A DNA stretch of 64,000 bases from an uncultured bacterium. GTDB lineage: Bacteria; Verrucomicrobiota; Verrucomicrobiia; Verrucomicrobiales; DEV007. The notes under the pieces are model-generated. The model was not told the DNA's origin, did not search any database, and saw only the letters and a list, made by a program, of their open reading frames with translations. A program made the position numbers and the translations under genes. The stretch's first letter is position 1; every line of letters begins with the position of its first letter. Location: NCBI GenBank assembly GCA_963977015.1, contig CAXBMO010000026.1:25784-89783 (forward strand). Direction: 5' to 3'. This document shows positions 1-9,328 of this stretch, in pieces.

Positions 1-1478
1 AGCAACTGCGCTGCGTATTCCAGGATCGACTCCTCCGTCTTGGCGCGCGTCTTGCTCCAGCGCGTGCTGCCCAACTTGTTGAGCGGAGGTGCCTTCCTGC
101 CCACCCCCACATAACGCGAAACCTGATGCGCGTGATCCATCGGCACGTAGAGCTTCGCTTTCTCCGCGTATTCGATGATCAACACCTCCTCGCCGTCCTT
201 CTTCCCGATCTCGATAAACCGTCCGATGCCGTGATCCTGGTGAACCACCAGATCGTCCTCCTCAAACTTCCGCAACTCCGCGTCGGAAGACTTGCGCTGC
301 TTGATCCGCTTGTTCGCGATGCGGCGTGCGCGCAGGTTCTGGTAACGGCCGAAGATCTCCGCATCGGCCAAAATCGCCAGTTTCGCACCGGGAATCGTGA
401 ATCCGCGTCCCAGTTGACCTCGGTAGGGTTGGATCTGGCCCGACTCGATGTAATCCAGGTCGACGAGCTCGGCAAAGCGCTCCAACTCTCCTTCGGTGTT
501 GAAGAACATTGCGACTTGCCAGCCCTCGTCGCGCCACTCGTTCATCTGACCAAGGAACTGAGCCCGTTTCGCCTCCTGCAAAATGAAGTCGCCCGCTCCA
601 AATGAGCCGAGCGGATTGTCGAAACAGGCGAGACCCGATTCCTCCTCCCCAAACGCCGTAATCACCACATCGCGATCAGAGATCCGCGTCTCCGGCTTGC
701 ACTCCACCGCGACAAAAAGATCGCCCGGTTGAATGTAGTCCCGCAGCTGGCAGTGCCCCTGCTTCTGCGACGCGCTCAGCAGGATCGTCGCGGAATCAAC
801 GCGCCGGATCGACGTCTGCTCGTCCACGTCAAACTCGCGAAGCGACTCCACTTCATCGTCAAACAGCTCGATCCGAATCGGCTCCGTGTTCTGCCACGAG
901 AACACATCCACAATCCCGCCGCGAATCGCATACTGGCCGCGTTGAAAAACCTGGGTGCCGCGCTCGTAACCGGCCTTGTCGAGTTGCTTTGTCAGGTTCG
1001 TCAAATCCAGCCGCTCACCCACGGTCACCTTGATTTGGTCGGACTTCAGCCCCTTGGGCGTTGGCACCGTGTCATCCAGGCTCTCCTCACAAATGATGAC
1101 GACCAGTGGTTGTGCCGGATCGCCCTCCTGACCGGCGTCATGCAGAATCGCGAGTCGTTCCGCGCCGATGTCCGGATCCGGTAGCGCGTCCTCAAAACCC
1201 GAGAACTCCACCTCGGGGAAAAAACGCCCTTGGATTCCCCAAATCGCCAAATCGTGATGCAAATGCTCCTGCGCCTTGATGTGCGGACAACACACCCAAA
1301 TCCGCGGGGCCTTACTCTGACCAATCGCCAAGGCCGCGACAAACGGCTGCGCCGGCTCCGCAATATGTTCGATCCGACCGAGCGTTTTCGGCAAAAGCTT
1401 CCCGCTGGAAACCGCGACGAGCAGTTCCCGTGGATCGCAAAACGTTGCATCAGTCAGGCTGGGTAACGCTCCAGACAT
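1..1478 (-). CDS. mfd: Transcription-repair coupling factor, N-terminal part (runs off the window start)
   Basis: Hand translation of the minus strand from ATG 1478: MSGALPSL...FFPEVEFSGFEDALPDPDIGAERLAIL...RGGIVDVFSWQNTEPIRIELFDDEVESLREFDVDEQTS (UvrB-homology module) and YVGVGRKAPPLNKLGSTRWSKTRAK (CarD/RID-like). Absent from the ORF track because no stop lies inside the window. Confidence 0.9.
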   Translation of the reverse strand, partial: MSGALPSLTDATFCDPRELLVAVSSGKLLPKTLGRIEHIAEPAQPFVAALAIGQSKAPRIWVCCPHIKAQEHLHHDLAIWGIQGRFFPEVEFSGFEDALPDPDIGAERLAILHDAGQEGDPAQPLVVIICEESLDDTVPTPKGLKSDQIKVTVGERLDLTNLTKQLDKAGYERGTQVFQRGQYAIRGGIVDVFSWQNTEPIRIELFDDEVESLREFDVDEQTSIRRVDSATILLSASQKQGHCQLRDYIQPGDLFVAVECKPETRISDRDVVITAFGEEESGLACFDNPLGSFGAGDFILQEAKRAQFLGQMNEWRDEGWQVAMFFNTEGELERFAELVDLDYIESGQIQPYRGQLGRGFTIPGAKLAILADAEIFGRYQNLRARRIANKRIKQRKSSDAELRKFEEDDLVVHQDHGIGRFIEIGKKDGEEVLIIEYAEKAKLYVPMDHAHQVSRYVGVGRKAPPLNKLGSTRWSKTRAKTEESILEYAAQL

Positions 1479-1573
1479 GGGTGGCAGAAAGAAGGGGCCA
1501 CCATAGGTCGGCATGGCAGAACTTCAACACCGCCTTGCGGGCCACTTCACCACACGTCTTTCCGCCTTCATCC

Positions 1574-3052
1574 TTACAACTCCGGTGGAGCCTCACCCGT
1601 CTTTGCGTTGGGGCGCAGCATCTTGGCCCCTACCTCCTGGCGCCAGGTTTGCAGCTTCTTGCGCATCTCCTCCACCTTCTCCGGATACAATTGCTCCAGG
1701 TTGTTGTGCTCTTCCGGGTCATCCAGCAGGCTGTATAACTCCACATCGCCTGTCTCCAGATCTTCAATCAACTTGAACTCTCCCATTCGCACCGCGCTCG
1801 CCGGTAGCCCGCCCTGGTTCGAATAATGGGGGTAATGCCAATAGATCGCTTCCCGCTCCAGAGTCGCCTCGGGATCGCGCAAGAGCTTCGCAAAGCTGAC
1901 CCCGTCCACATGCTGCTCGGGTTTGGCCGGTAATCCTGCCATCTCCAGAATCGTCGGATAAAAATCCGTGCTCACAATCGGTGTCGAGTTCCGCGTTGCC
2001 GGCTTCGTCACCCCAGGCCATTTCACGAACACCGGCTCCCGCAGCCCGCCCTCATACATCCAGCCTTTCCCGCCCCGATACGGCAGGTTCGAAGTCGGGC
2101 TTCCCTCGGATGTCGACAATCCACCGTTGTCCGACATGAAAAAGATCGCCGTGTTCTCGCTCAGTCCCAACGCCTCCAGCTTTGCCGCCACTTTTCCCAC
2201 TGCCCGATCCATCGACTCAATCATCGCCGCGTAAACGGCGTGGTCCTGCAACACGCGAACCCGGCGGGCGGTCTTGGTATCCGGCCAGACCTGAGGCAGG
2301 CGTGTATCGCTAAAGCGAACGGAATCCTCCAGCTGCGCATACCCCATCGTCTCCGCCTTCTTCTTATATTTCTCCACCAGCTCCTTTGGTGCCTGGAGCG
2401 GAGTATGCACATTATAGAACGATAGATAGAGCAAGAACGGATCGTCCTTCACCGAATCCAGAAACCCGGTGCACTCTTCCGCCAGCCGATCTGTCAGATA
2501 CTCGCCCGGCTTCCGAGGTTCCAGGTTTGTCACATTCTTATACGGTTCAAAATAGCTGCGGGGCAGGCCATTCGACCCGCCGCCAAAGTTGTGATCAAAC
2601 CCCTGATCCTGCGGCCAAAAACCTTCCGGCCCCAAATGCCACTTTCCGGCGAAACACGTCGCGTATCCCGCTTCCTTCATCGCCTCCGCGAGCGTCACCT
2701 CCTCCAGCGCCATCCGGTCGACAAACTCCGCCGGCTCGAACCGGCCCGCCCGCTTTCCACTGAAGAAATTCGTCGCATCCATCCGCGCCGGATACTTTCC
2801 GCACAGGATGCTCGCCCGGGTTGGGCTACAGACCTGACTCGCCGCATACGCCTCCGTCAGCACGGTTCCCTCCGCCGCGAGGCGATCGCAGTTCGGGGTT
2901 TCGTAAAACGACTCGGGATTGTTGAACCCCATGTCCATGTAGCCGAGGTCATCGACCAGGAAGAACACAAAATTCAGCTTCTCCGCCGCGTGGGAAGTCC
3001 ACATCAATCCGAACGCGAGTGCGCACGTCAAAAGGGATTTTGAAAGAGTCAT
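1574..3052 (-). CDS. Formylglycine-dependent sulfatase (S1 family), exported
   Basis: Signal peptide, FFLVDDLG, CSPTRASILCG (CxPxR motif), GKWHLG, SDNGG. Start placed at MTLSKS. Confidence 0.92.
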   Translation of the reverse strand: MTLSKSLLTCALAFGLMWTSHAAEKLNFVFFLVDDLGYMDMGFNNPESFYETPNCDRLAAEGTVLTEAYAASQVCSPTRASILCGKYPARMDATNFFSGKRAGRFEPAEFVDRMALEEVTLAEAMKEAGYATCFAGKWHLGPEGFWPQDQGFDHNFGGGSNGLPRSYFEPYKNVTNLEPRKPGEYLTDRLAEECTGFLDSVKDDPFLLYLSFYNVHTPLQAPKELVEKYKKKAETMGYAQLEDSVRFSDTRLPQVWPDTKTARRVRVLQDHAVYAAMIESMDRAVGKVAAKLEALGLSENTAIFFMSDNGGLSTSEGSPTSNLPYRGGKGWMYEGGLREPVFVKWPGVTKPATRNSTPIVSTDFYPTILEMAGLPAKPEQHVDGVSFAKLLRDPEATLEREAIYWHYPHYSNQGGLPASAVRMGEFKLIEDLETGDVELYSLLDDPEEHNNLEQLYPEKVEEMRKKLQTWRQEVGAKMLRPNAKTGEAPPEL

Positions 3053-3191
3053 TGCCGGGAATGATGAAACGCTGAGCGTCCGCAAGCAAGCGTTTCTCGG
3101 AGAATCACTGCACCTCCGGACGCGGCATCATTGCGGCGAAGGTTAGTGTCGTTGCGCTGTGGGAATGGCACTGCCGTTGAGCGCTTGGCTT

Positions 3192-3917
3192 TTACGTTTC
3201 GTGGGGGGCGGTTTTTTGCCTTGTTTCCCTGATGATCCTGGCTTCTCGCTCACGGGCAATGGTTCGGGCCAACGCGAGGAGATCCGGTTCGGCGACGTCA
3301 ATAAACAAGTCCAGGGTTCGCAAGGCTTTTACGATGTCTTCATGTTGGATTTCCCTGCCAAAGGGATGGGGTTTCAAGGGGCGGCGACCTTTTGCCAGTC
3401 CAACCGGGTATCTCCGCCAGGCAAAGGGGAGATTGAAGACCACGGCAATTCCGACCATGATCAGCGCATTGGCCATGACGGGGCAGAGGACGAAGGCAAG
3501 CCCCATTTCCTGGATCGCTTGACCGCCCAGAACCGCGGTTAACGCCGTGGCGCCTCCAGGTGGATGGATGCACTTGAGCTGATGCATGGCCCCGATGGAA
3601 AGCCCAACGGCACATCCTGCCGCGAGCCAGGTGTCGCCGAGGTGGTGGGAGCAGAGCACCCCAATCGTGGCGGAAATTCCATGCCCGGCCAATACCGGCC
3701 ACGGCTGAGACAACTGGCCGTGTGGCACTGCAAACAAGAGGACCGCGCTGGCCCCCATCGACGCAATGATGAGCGTCGCATCAACCGGGCCAACGGCTTG
3801 GCGGGTAATCCAAACCAAGATACTGATCGAAAGGACTCCTCCAACCAGGGAGACGAGCTTCTCTTTGTGGGAAACGGGGCTTAGCTCAATACCGATGAGC
3901 GAGAGGAGGGCCTTCAT
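3192..3917 (-). CDS. HPP-family integral membrane protein
   Basis: ASMGASAVLLFAVPHGQLSQPW and CIHPPGGATAL motifs; several TM segments. Start placed at MKALLS. Confidence 0.88.
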   Translation of the reverse strand: MKALLSLIGIELSPVSHKEKLVSLVGGVLSISILVWITRQAVGPVDATLIIASMGASAVLLFAVPHGQLSQPWPVLAGHGISATIGVLCSHHLGDTWLAAGCAVGLSIGAMHQLKCIHPPGGATALTAVLGGQAIQEMGLAFVLCPVMANALIMVGIAVVFNLPFAWRRYPVGLAKGRRPLKPHPFGREIQHEDIVKALRTLDLFIDVAEPDLLALARTIAREREARIIRETRQKTAPHET

Positions 3918-4034
3918 GAAAGGGGCGTTTCGTGAGCGTCTCAAATCACCCGGCCTGGAGCGAAGGGCGAGCTTGAAGGGAAGGTTGGGGTTCAGCTTCC
4001 GAAGTTTGGGGCTAAGCAAACTCCGACGGAAATG

Positions 4035-4859
4035 CTACTTTGGCAGGGACTCGATCTCCGCGGCTGTCAATGCCCGGTCATAAACCGCAAGACCGCCAAG
4101 ATTTGCCCCGAGAAAGTTGCCCGGCTTCCCGCCGACATTCACTGAGCCAACCGTGAAATCCGCGCCATTCTCTCCTCCGTTGAACAAGCCTTCGGGATAC
4201 GGGAATGGATTCATCCCTTCCGCCTCACTCAACTGACCATTGAGATACAACCGCACTTCCTTGCCATCGTAGGTCATCGCGAGCGATTGCCATCCTTCCA
4301 TGGGAACGGTTTGCCCCGACGACGCGTAGGTGATGCAAAACTCGTTGCCCGGAGTGCCGCCACCCACGGATGAAACATGGCCCTGAAACCGGTTTTTCGA
4401 CGGGATCCGTTTCATCGTCCTGAAGTCGGTCTGTTTGGCCGCGTTCAGAAAAAGGCAATACTGTCGTTTTTTGCGCGACTCATCCCAAACTCCCGCCACC
4501 GCCTGCCAATGGCTGGTCTTGTTTCGCTTGATCCACGCGACCACCGTTACCTGCGCATCCTGACCGTGAATATCCAGGGGACCGATGTTCTTCCGTGGGA
4601 TGGTCAGCCATTGTCCCTGGTTGATTTTGATGGCCGAGCCGAACGGGCCGCCTTCAAGTGCCTTGATCGGGCCGTTGCGCTCCAGGAGTTCGAGCGTCGG
4701 GTTTACCAGCGAGGCTTTGGGCTCGCCCTCCGCATCTCCGAACGTCCAGAACGCCACCAGGTTGGGAATCGCCTTTACCTGTTGGACGGATTGCTCCGGC
4801 GCAGCGGAGAGAGGGGTGGCCAGGAACAGGCAGAAGAGAAATAGGAAAGGGGCTTTCAT
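4035..4859 (-). CDS. Secreted LamG/concanavalin-A-like jelly-roll protein
   Basis: Signal peptide; [47 protein letters not shown] typical of LamG-like domains. Confidence 0.8.
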   Translation of the reverse strand: MKAPFLFLFCLFLATPLSAAPEQSVQQVKAIPNLVAFWTFGDAEGEPKASLVNPTLELLERNGPIKALEGGPFGSAIKINQGQWLTIPRKNIGPLDIHGQDAQVTVVAWIKRNKTSHWQAVAGVWDESRKKRQYCLFLNAAKQTDFRTMKRIPSKNRFQGHVSSVGGGTPGNEFCITYASSGQTVPMEGWQSLAMTYDGKEVRLYLNGQLSEAEGMNPFPYPEGLFNGGENGADFTVGSVNVGGKPGNFLGANLGGLAVYDRALTAAEIESLPK

Positions 4860-4998
4860 GGGATTTTCGAAGGGCCGACGATAGGCACCTTCCTCAAAAA
4901 ATGCCAATTCGAATTGCGGGCGGGTTTCTGGCTCCGGCGGAACAGCGCAAGCCAACCACGATCCTTTTTGGTTTGTCCGTTGGTTGACGACCGATGGA

Positions 4999-5682
4999 TC
5001 ACTCGGAGGTATCGACCTCTTCCGGGATTTTGGTCAATCGTTCCACGTTTTTGATTTCAGATACGTACCAGGGCTCGCCGGACTTGCGGCGATAGCCAAC
5101 ACAGCGTGTCGGTAACCGAAAGCCATCGAATTGCTCCGGTTTGCTGAACCGGCAAATTTCGTCGTCCCAGTCCATGCGGACGAGCAACATCGTCTTGTGG
5201 TCGAAGTATAGATCCATGGCAGGCTCGACCGGGCCAGTAACCCTCAATCCAACCATTTCCATTTTCGTCTCGGGATCTACGAGGTCAGCAAGCGGTTGAA
5301 TCTTGGCTTCCGGATCATTGAGGACCGCCAGGGTCCATCCATACGCGAGCCATTTGGCGGGTTCTTTGCCTCGCTCGGTCCATTCCCCTTTCTTATTCAG
5401 CCACCACAGATGAGGAGCCCGGATGTAACTGATCCGAGGTCGGCGATTCTCGTCGAAAGGTTGAAAGAGCTTCTCCTGATCGCGGGTTACTTTCAGGAGT
5501 TCAGTCAATCGGTATTGAGTAAAGAGCTTGTCTTTTCCTCCGGCGGCAGTGAGAACTTTGGATGCGAGGTCAGGAGATTCAGATTCCTGGCCAAAGGATA
5601 AAGGTGCCGCCAACGCCAGTGTCGCAAGCGGCAGTAGAATGAAGCGAAAGATCATGGGCTTGAGGAGGTTGGTCGCGGTCAT
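4999..5682 (-). CDS. Exported hypothetical protein
   Basis: Signal-peptide-like N-terminus; start overlaps the stop of the upstream GNAT gene (TAATG), consistent with translational coupling. Confidence 0.65.
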   Translation of the reverse strand: MTATNLLKPMIFRFILLPLATLALAAPLSFGQESESPDLASKVLTAAGGKDKLFTQYRLTELLKVTRDQEKLFQPFDENRRPRISYIRAPHLWWLNKKGEWTERGKEPAKWLAYGWTLAVLNDPEAKIQPLADLVDPETKMEMVGLRVTGPVEPAMDLYFDHKTMLLVRMDWDDEICRFSKPEQFDGFRLPTRCVGYRRKSGEPWYVSEIKNVERLTKIPEEVDTSE

Positions 5683-6212
5683 TACCAAAGTTCTGGTTGA
5701 TTGAGAGGGGTCACACAAGTGATGGATACAGGCGTGCGGAGGGGGCTGTTGTTGCCAAGGTCAATGCCTTGCCAGCCGGCCGGATATTTGAGTTCGAAGG
5801 GTGGAATGAAGTTCTCTGCCACCGCGGTGCGGAAGCCAAACCGAGCGTAATAATCCGGATCGCCATAGACCAAAATGATGTTGGTGTCGTCCTGGGCGGA
5901 TTCCTTGATCCCGAACTCCACCAGTTGCTTTCCGACTCCCCTTTTTTGGCTTTGTGGATTGACCGCGAGCGGCGCCAGCAACCAGCCGGCCAGACGTTCA
6001 TCCTCTTTCGTGAAAACGGGGGAAAATGCGACGTGCCCCACCAAACCGTCGCCATCGTCAGCCACGAGATGGATGATCTGAGGACTGGTTTGTTCTTGCA
6101 ACAGGTTGCCGACGAGAGCCGAGACCAACTCACGCTCACCAGCTTCGAAAGCTTGATGGTGGATCTGCCGGATGGACTCTTCGTCAGATGGCCTCGCGAT
6201 TCGGATCTTCAT
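5682..6212 (-). CDS. GNAT N-acetyltransferase (YhbS-like)
   Basis: LVGHVAFSPV, LAPLAVNPQSQKRGVGKQL (acetyl-CoA motif A), VYGDPDYYARFGF. Start placed at MKIRIA. Confidence 0.88.
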   Translation of the reverse strand: MKIRIARPSDEESIRQIHHQAFEAGERELVSALVGNLLQEQTSPQIIHLVADDGDGLVGHVAFSPVFTKEDERLAGWLLAPLAVNPQSQKRGVGKQLVEFGIKESAQDDTNIILVYGDPDYYARFGFRTAVAENFIPPFELKYPAGWQGIDLGNNSPLRTPVSITCVTPLNQPELW

Positions 6213-6366
6213 TTCCTGCTGAATGCCCAGCCTAGCGTTCAGATTCCGGGTGGAAAGTGAAAAATCATCGCCAGCGTCGATCCCGGGTTTCCCGTGATTC
6301 AGGGGACGCCTTGGTGGGCGCGCGAGGGAGGTTTGAATTGAGGCAATCGCTGATTGCGCGCAATTT

Positions 6367-8316
6367 TCATCGCTCTGGTTCAAGGATTCCTGTCCCAACC
6401 AGGATATTGAAAACCAAAGTCGCCAATATCCACCCGACGATTGGGACCCACACGACGAGGCTGGCTTTGAGGGAAAGGTTCGCCATCCAGCCTTTGCGGG
6501 CGCCTCGTTTGGCCCTTCGTTTTGCGGGAATGGCAATGAATAGGGCCGCGAGGGACACGGGGAGTACGGCGAAGATCGCCAGTAGCAAAGAAATCAGTTT
6601 GTCCGCGATCGGCCCCAAATCGCTGGGGCTCGTGTTCTGCGCCCAAACAAAAACGAGGAGCGGGCTCATCCACACCACGAGACTGGAGACGGCCCATCGA
6701 TTGGGCTGGCCCAGCAGGGGGAGGGCCGGATCTTTCCAAGGTTCGCTGCTCTTGAACGAGGCGATCTCCTGGTTGAGGCGTGTCCGGCCCCGTTGGAGCC
6801 AGGTTCCGAGGCTTGAGTTCGGAGATTCTGGCGATGGCGCACTTACACCCTCCTGATGCGCGATGTGCTGGCACAGAATTTCGATAATTTGCGGGTGGTT
6901 GAAGTAGCTGTTGTGGATCAGCTCCGGTCCCAGCAATCCCTCCCCACTGTTGAATGCTCCCGAAAAGGTGTCCAGCCCTTTGGAATAGTTGGCCAGTGAA
7001 GTCCGTGCTGTGGAGAGAAGGTCGCTATTGCTCAATCGGCGATTCGCTGCCGCAATCAGTTCTTGGTCGACTTCCGGTGGGAGTCTCAGGTCATCTTCTT
7101 TGAGGGTGTGGGAGAATCCGTAGGGAGCTTGGCTTACCGTCTCGATGTTGCATCCCGGCCGATCCAGACCCACGGCTTGGCGTCGCAGGATTTTCCAGAT
7201 TTGGCCATCGATTTGGCGGCGGATTCGCCTGTTGTAGATAGGGCCGACGATGGTGAGTACAATATATTTGGAAAGCTGGGCGTATATATCAGATCGGAAA
7301 ACCCGGCGATTGGGAACTCGCACGGGCGCAAGCAACGGGTTTTGATCCGATTCGGCAAGCTTGACGGAAGCCTTCAACCCGTTGATCGCCTCGTCCTGAT
7401 CCGACCAAATCCCGAGCCACCGGCTTCCGAATTCGATGAATGCCTGTCTTTTGGTGCGGATCTGTCGCCGAAGTTGATGCGCCTCCACTCTGCCGACATG
7501 GATCAAGCCATGAATTTGCAAGGCCACCAGCACGAGTAGAAACGTACCCAGCAGAACCCAGCGATCATCCCGCTCTCCCAGAATGGGTTTGATCAGAAAA
7601 TCTTTGGCTCCATGGAGCGTCGTGGCCACTTTGGGGACCAGTTGGGTTTGCAATTCTTCCGCCACCACTCTCCACGTTACATCGTGCATTGTGGGGTCGA
7701 CAAAGTTCACATAAAAGAAATTCAGGAGGATATAGAAGAAGAACAGAAACAGACTGACTGATAGCAAGGCAAAGTCGAACGCCGTCGCAATCGCGCCGGG
7801 CCATCCCGCCAGCCAGCTGGCTTTAAACTGGAAAAACGGAGTCGCCACCGTGTTCCAGGAACGCAAATGGGTCAGGCGAAGCGCCTCCTCGTTCTTTGGC
7901 GAACGCCATCTGCGATCGATCGCCTCTTGGAGGGCTGTCCAAATGATGGACCCACCGTGACTGTGCGAGACGAGGTGATACGGCTGGCGATCGTTTTCCA
8001 GTTCGATCAATTTGTCGAGCAGTGCATTGGCCGCTTGGTGTCGGCTGCGCTCGCTATTGTTGCCATCCCAGTGGAAAACGAGGGAGTCCTCAAAATAGGG
8101 GAGTTCGTTCCATTCCTTCTTCGACTTGGAGACGGTAACGCCCAGTGGAGCGAGTCGACCTTCAAATGCTTCGTAGAAATCACTACTCTCTTGCCACCAA
8201 CGCGCTCCACGGTTCTCGAAGCGGGGTGCCCTGGATTCCTCGTCAAGGGTTTCGGAACTCGCAAACGTTCCGTGAATTAAGATAACGATCGGTTTCTTCG
8301 TTTCGCCTCCTTCCAT
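6367..8316 (-). CDS. Membrane-anchored alpha/beta-hydrolase (lipase-like) protein
   Basis: IVILIHGTFA, FHWDGNNSERSR, LVSHSHGGS nucleophile elbow, late IHNSYF His; internal and C-terminal hydrophobic segments. Start placed at MEGGETKK; the longer ORF overlaps the VOC gene. Confidence 0.7.
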   Translation of the reverse strand: MEGGETKKPIVILIHGTFASSETLDEESRAPRFENRGARWWQESSDFYEAFEGRLAPLGVTVSKSKKEWNELPYFEDSLVFHWDGNNSERSRHQAANALLDKLIELENDRQPYHLVSHSHGGSIIWTALQEAIDRRWRSPKNEEALRLTHLRSWNTVATPFFQFKASWLAGWPGAIATAFDFALLSVSLFLFFFYILLNFFYVNFVDPTMHDVTWRVVAEELQTQLVPKVATTLHGAKDFLIKPILGERDDRWVLLGTFLLVLVALQIHGLIHVGRVEAHQLRRQIRTKRQAFIEFGSRWLGIWSDQDEAINGLKASVKLAESDQNPLLAPVRVPNRRVFRSDIYAQLSKYIVLTIVGPIYNRRIRRQIDGQIWKILRRQAVGLDRPGCNIETVSQAPYGFSHTLKEDDLRLPPEVDQELIAAANRRLSNSDLLSTARTSLANYSKGLDTFSGAFNSGEGLLGPELIHNSYFNHPQIIEILCQHIAHQEGVSAPSPESPNSSLGTWLQRGRTRLNQEIASFKSSEPWKDPALPLLGQPNRWAVSSLVVWMSPLLVFVWAQNTSPSDLGPIADKLISLLLAIFAVLPVSLAALFIAIPAKRRAKRGARKGWMANLSLKASLVVWVPIVGWILATLVFNILVGTGILEPER

Positions 8317-8399
8317 GGGGCGAGATCTATCAGGCGGGAATCTGCCATGCAACCGAAAACTGGGTGAGCCTCGCGAGGTGTTGGCAAGGCCGCCGGAGT

Positions 8400-8924
8400 T
8401 TACGGGCTGTTCTCCGAGTCTGGTTCGCCTTGGTAGGCGCCTGCGGAGTAGGTGAGCTCGTAGCTGTGGGTATAGATCTCGAAAACCAGGCCAAACGGGT
8501 CTTCGACATAGACCATCTTGTAGGGTTTCTCGTTGGGATAGTATTCGCGAATGGGCATCCGCTGCTTTCCTCCGTGGGCCACGATTTTTTCGACCAGGTC
8601 TTCGATATTCGGGTCTTGAACGCAGAAGTGGAAGGTTCCGGTCTTCCAATACTCGAATTCCTTCGGCTTCTCATTGTTCTGGAACTCGAACAACTCGATC
8701 CCGATTTTGTCTCCGGTGGAGAGGTGGGCGATTTTGAAGGAACCCCAGCCTTCGCCGAACACATCGATGCACATCTTGCCGATCGCGGAGTCCGCCTCTT
8801 CCTTCACCACCGTGGGTTTCATGATGGTGTACCAGCCCATGACGTTTTCGTAGAACGAGACCGCCGCTTCAAGGTTCGGGACCGAGAGGCCGATGTGTGA
8901 GAATGTTTTCGGGTAGTTGTTCAT
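8400..8924 (-). CDS. VOC/lactoylglutathione-lyase family protein
   Basis: YPKTFSHIGLSVP, IELFEF, FHFCVQDP, VYVEDPFGLVFEIY metal-binding pattern. Confidence 0.88.
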   Translation of the reverse strand: MNNYPKTFSHIGLSVPNLEAAVSFYENVMGWYTIMKPTVVKEEADSAIGKMCIDVFGEGWGSFKIAHLSTGDKIGIELFEFQNNEKPKEFEYWKTGTFHFCVQDPNIEDLVEKIVAHGGKQRMPIREYYPNEKPYKMVYVEDPFGLVFEIYTHSYELTYSAGAYQGEPDSENSP

Positions 8925-9328
8925 ATTTTCAGGGGGCAAACGACCGGGGTAAGCCAACGCACGCAGCGTTTGAGTTCGGTCATGGTTTCGTCCCAGCATC
9001 GGTGCAGACCAAAGCAGGATCAAGTTTCCCATCTGGGAAACGAATCCACTCCGAGACGTCGAATCGCCGGTCGAAACCTGCGGTGACGGACCGAATGTCC
9101 ATCGTGCCGGTGCCGCGGTGCCGCGGGAGATTTTCGTGCAAAGGCGCGTTGCCAGACGCAGCGAATGGATTTAGGAAAACGGCGTTAGGTTGCCATCGTG
9201 AAGCACGACCGGAAAAGAGCAGTGGCAGGGCATCGGCGAGATCGCGGCGATGGGCGCGAATCCGTGTGGCCGGTCCCCTTACGGGTCACGGTCCGGTCTG
9301 TTTACCCTCACCCGCAAATTCTTCTTCT

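Noticed and set aside
3192-8924. Integron cassette array (run of co-oriented accessory genes incl. GNAT and VOC)
   Set aside because: No paired RYYYAAC...GTTRRRY attC structures or integron integrase recognised; two of the genes overlap directly.
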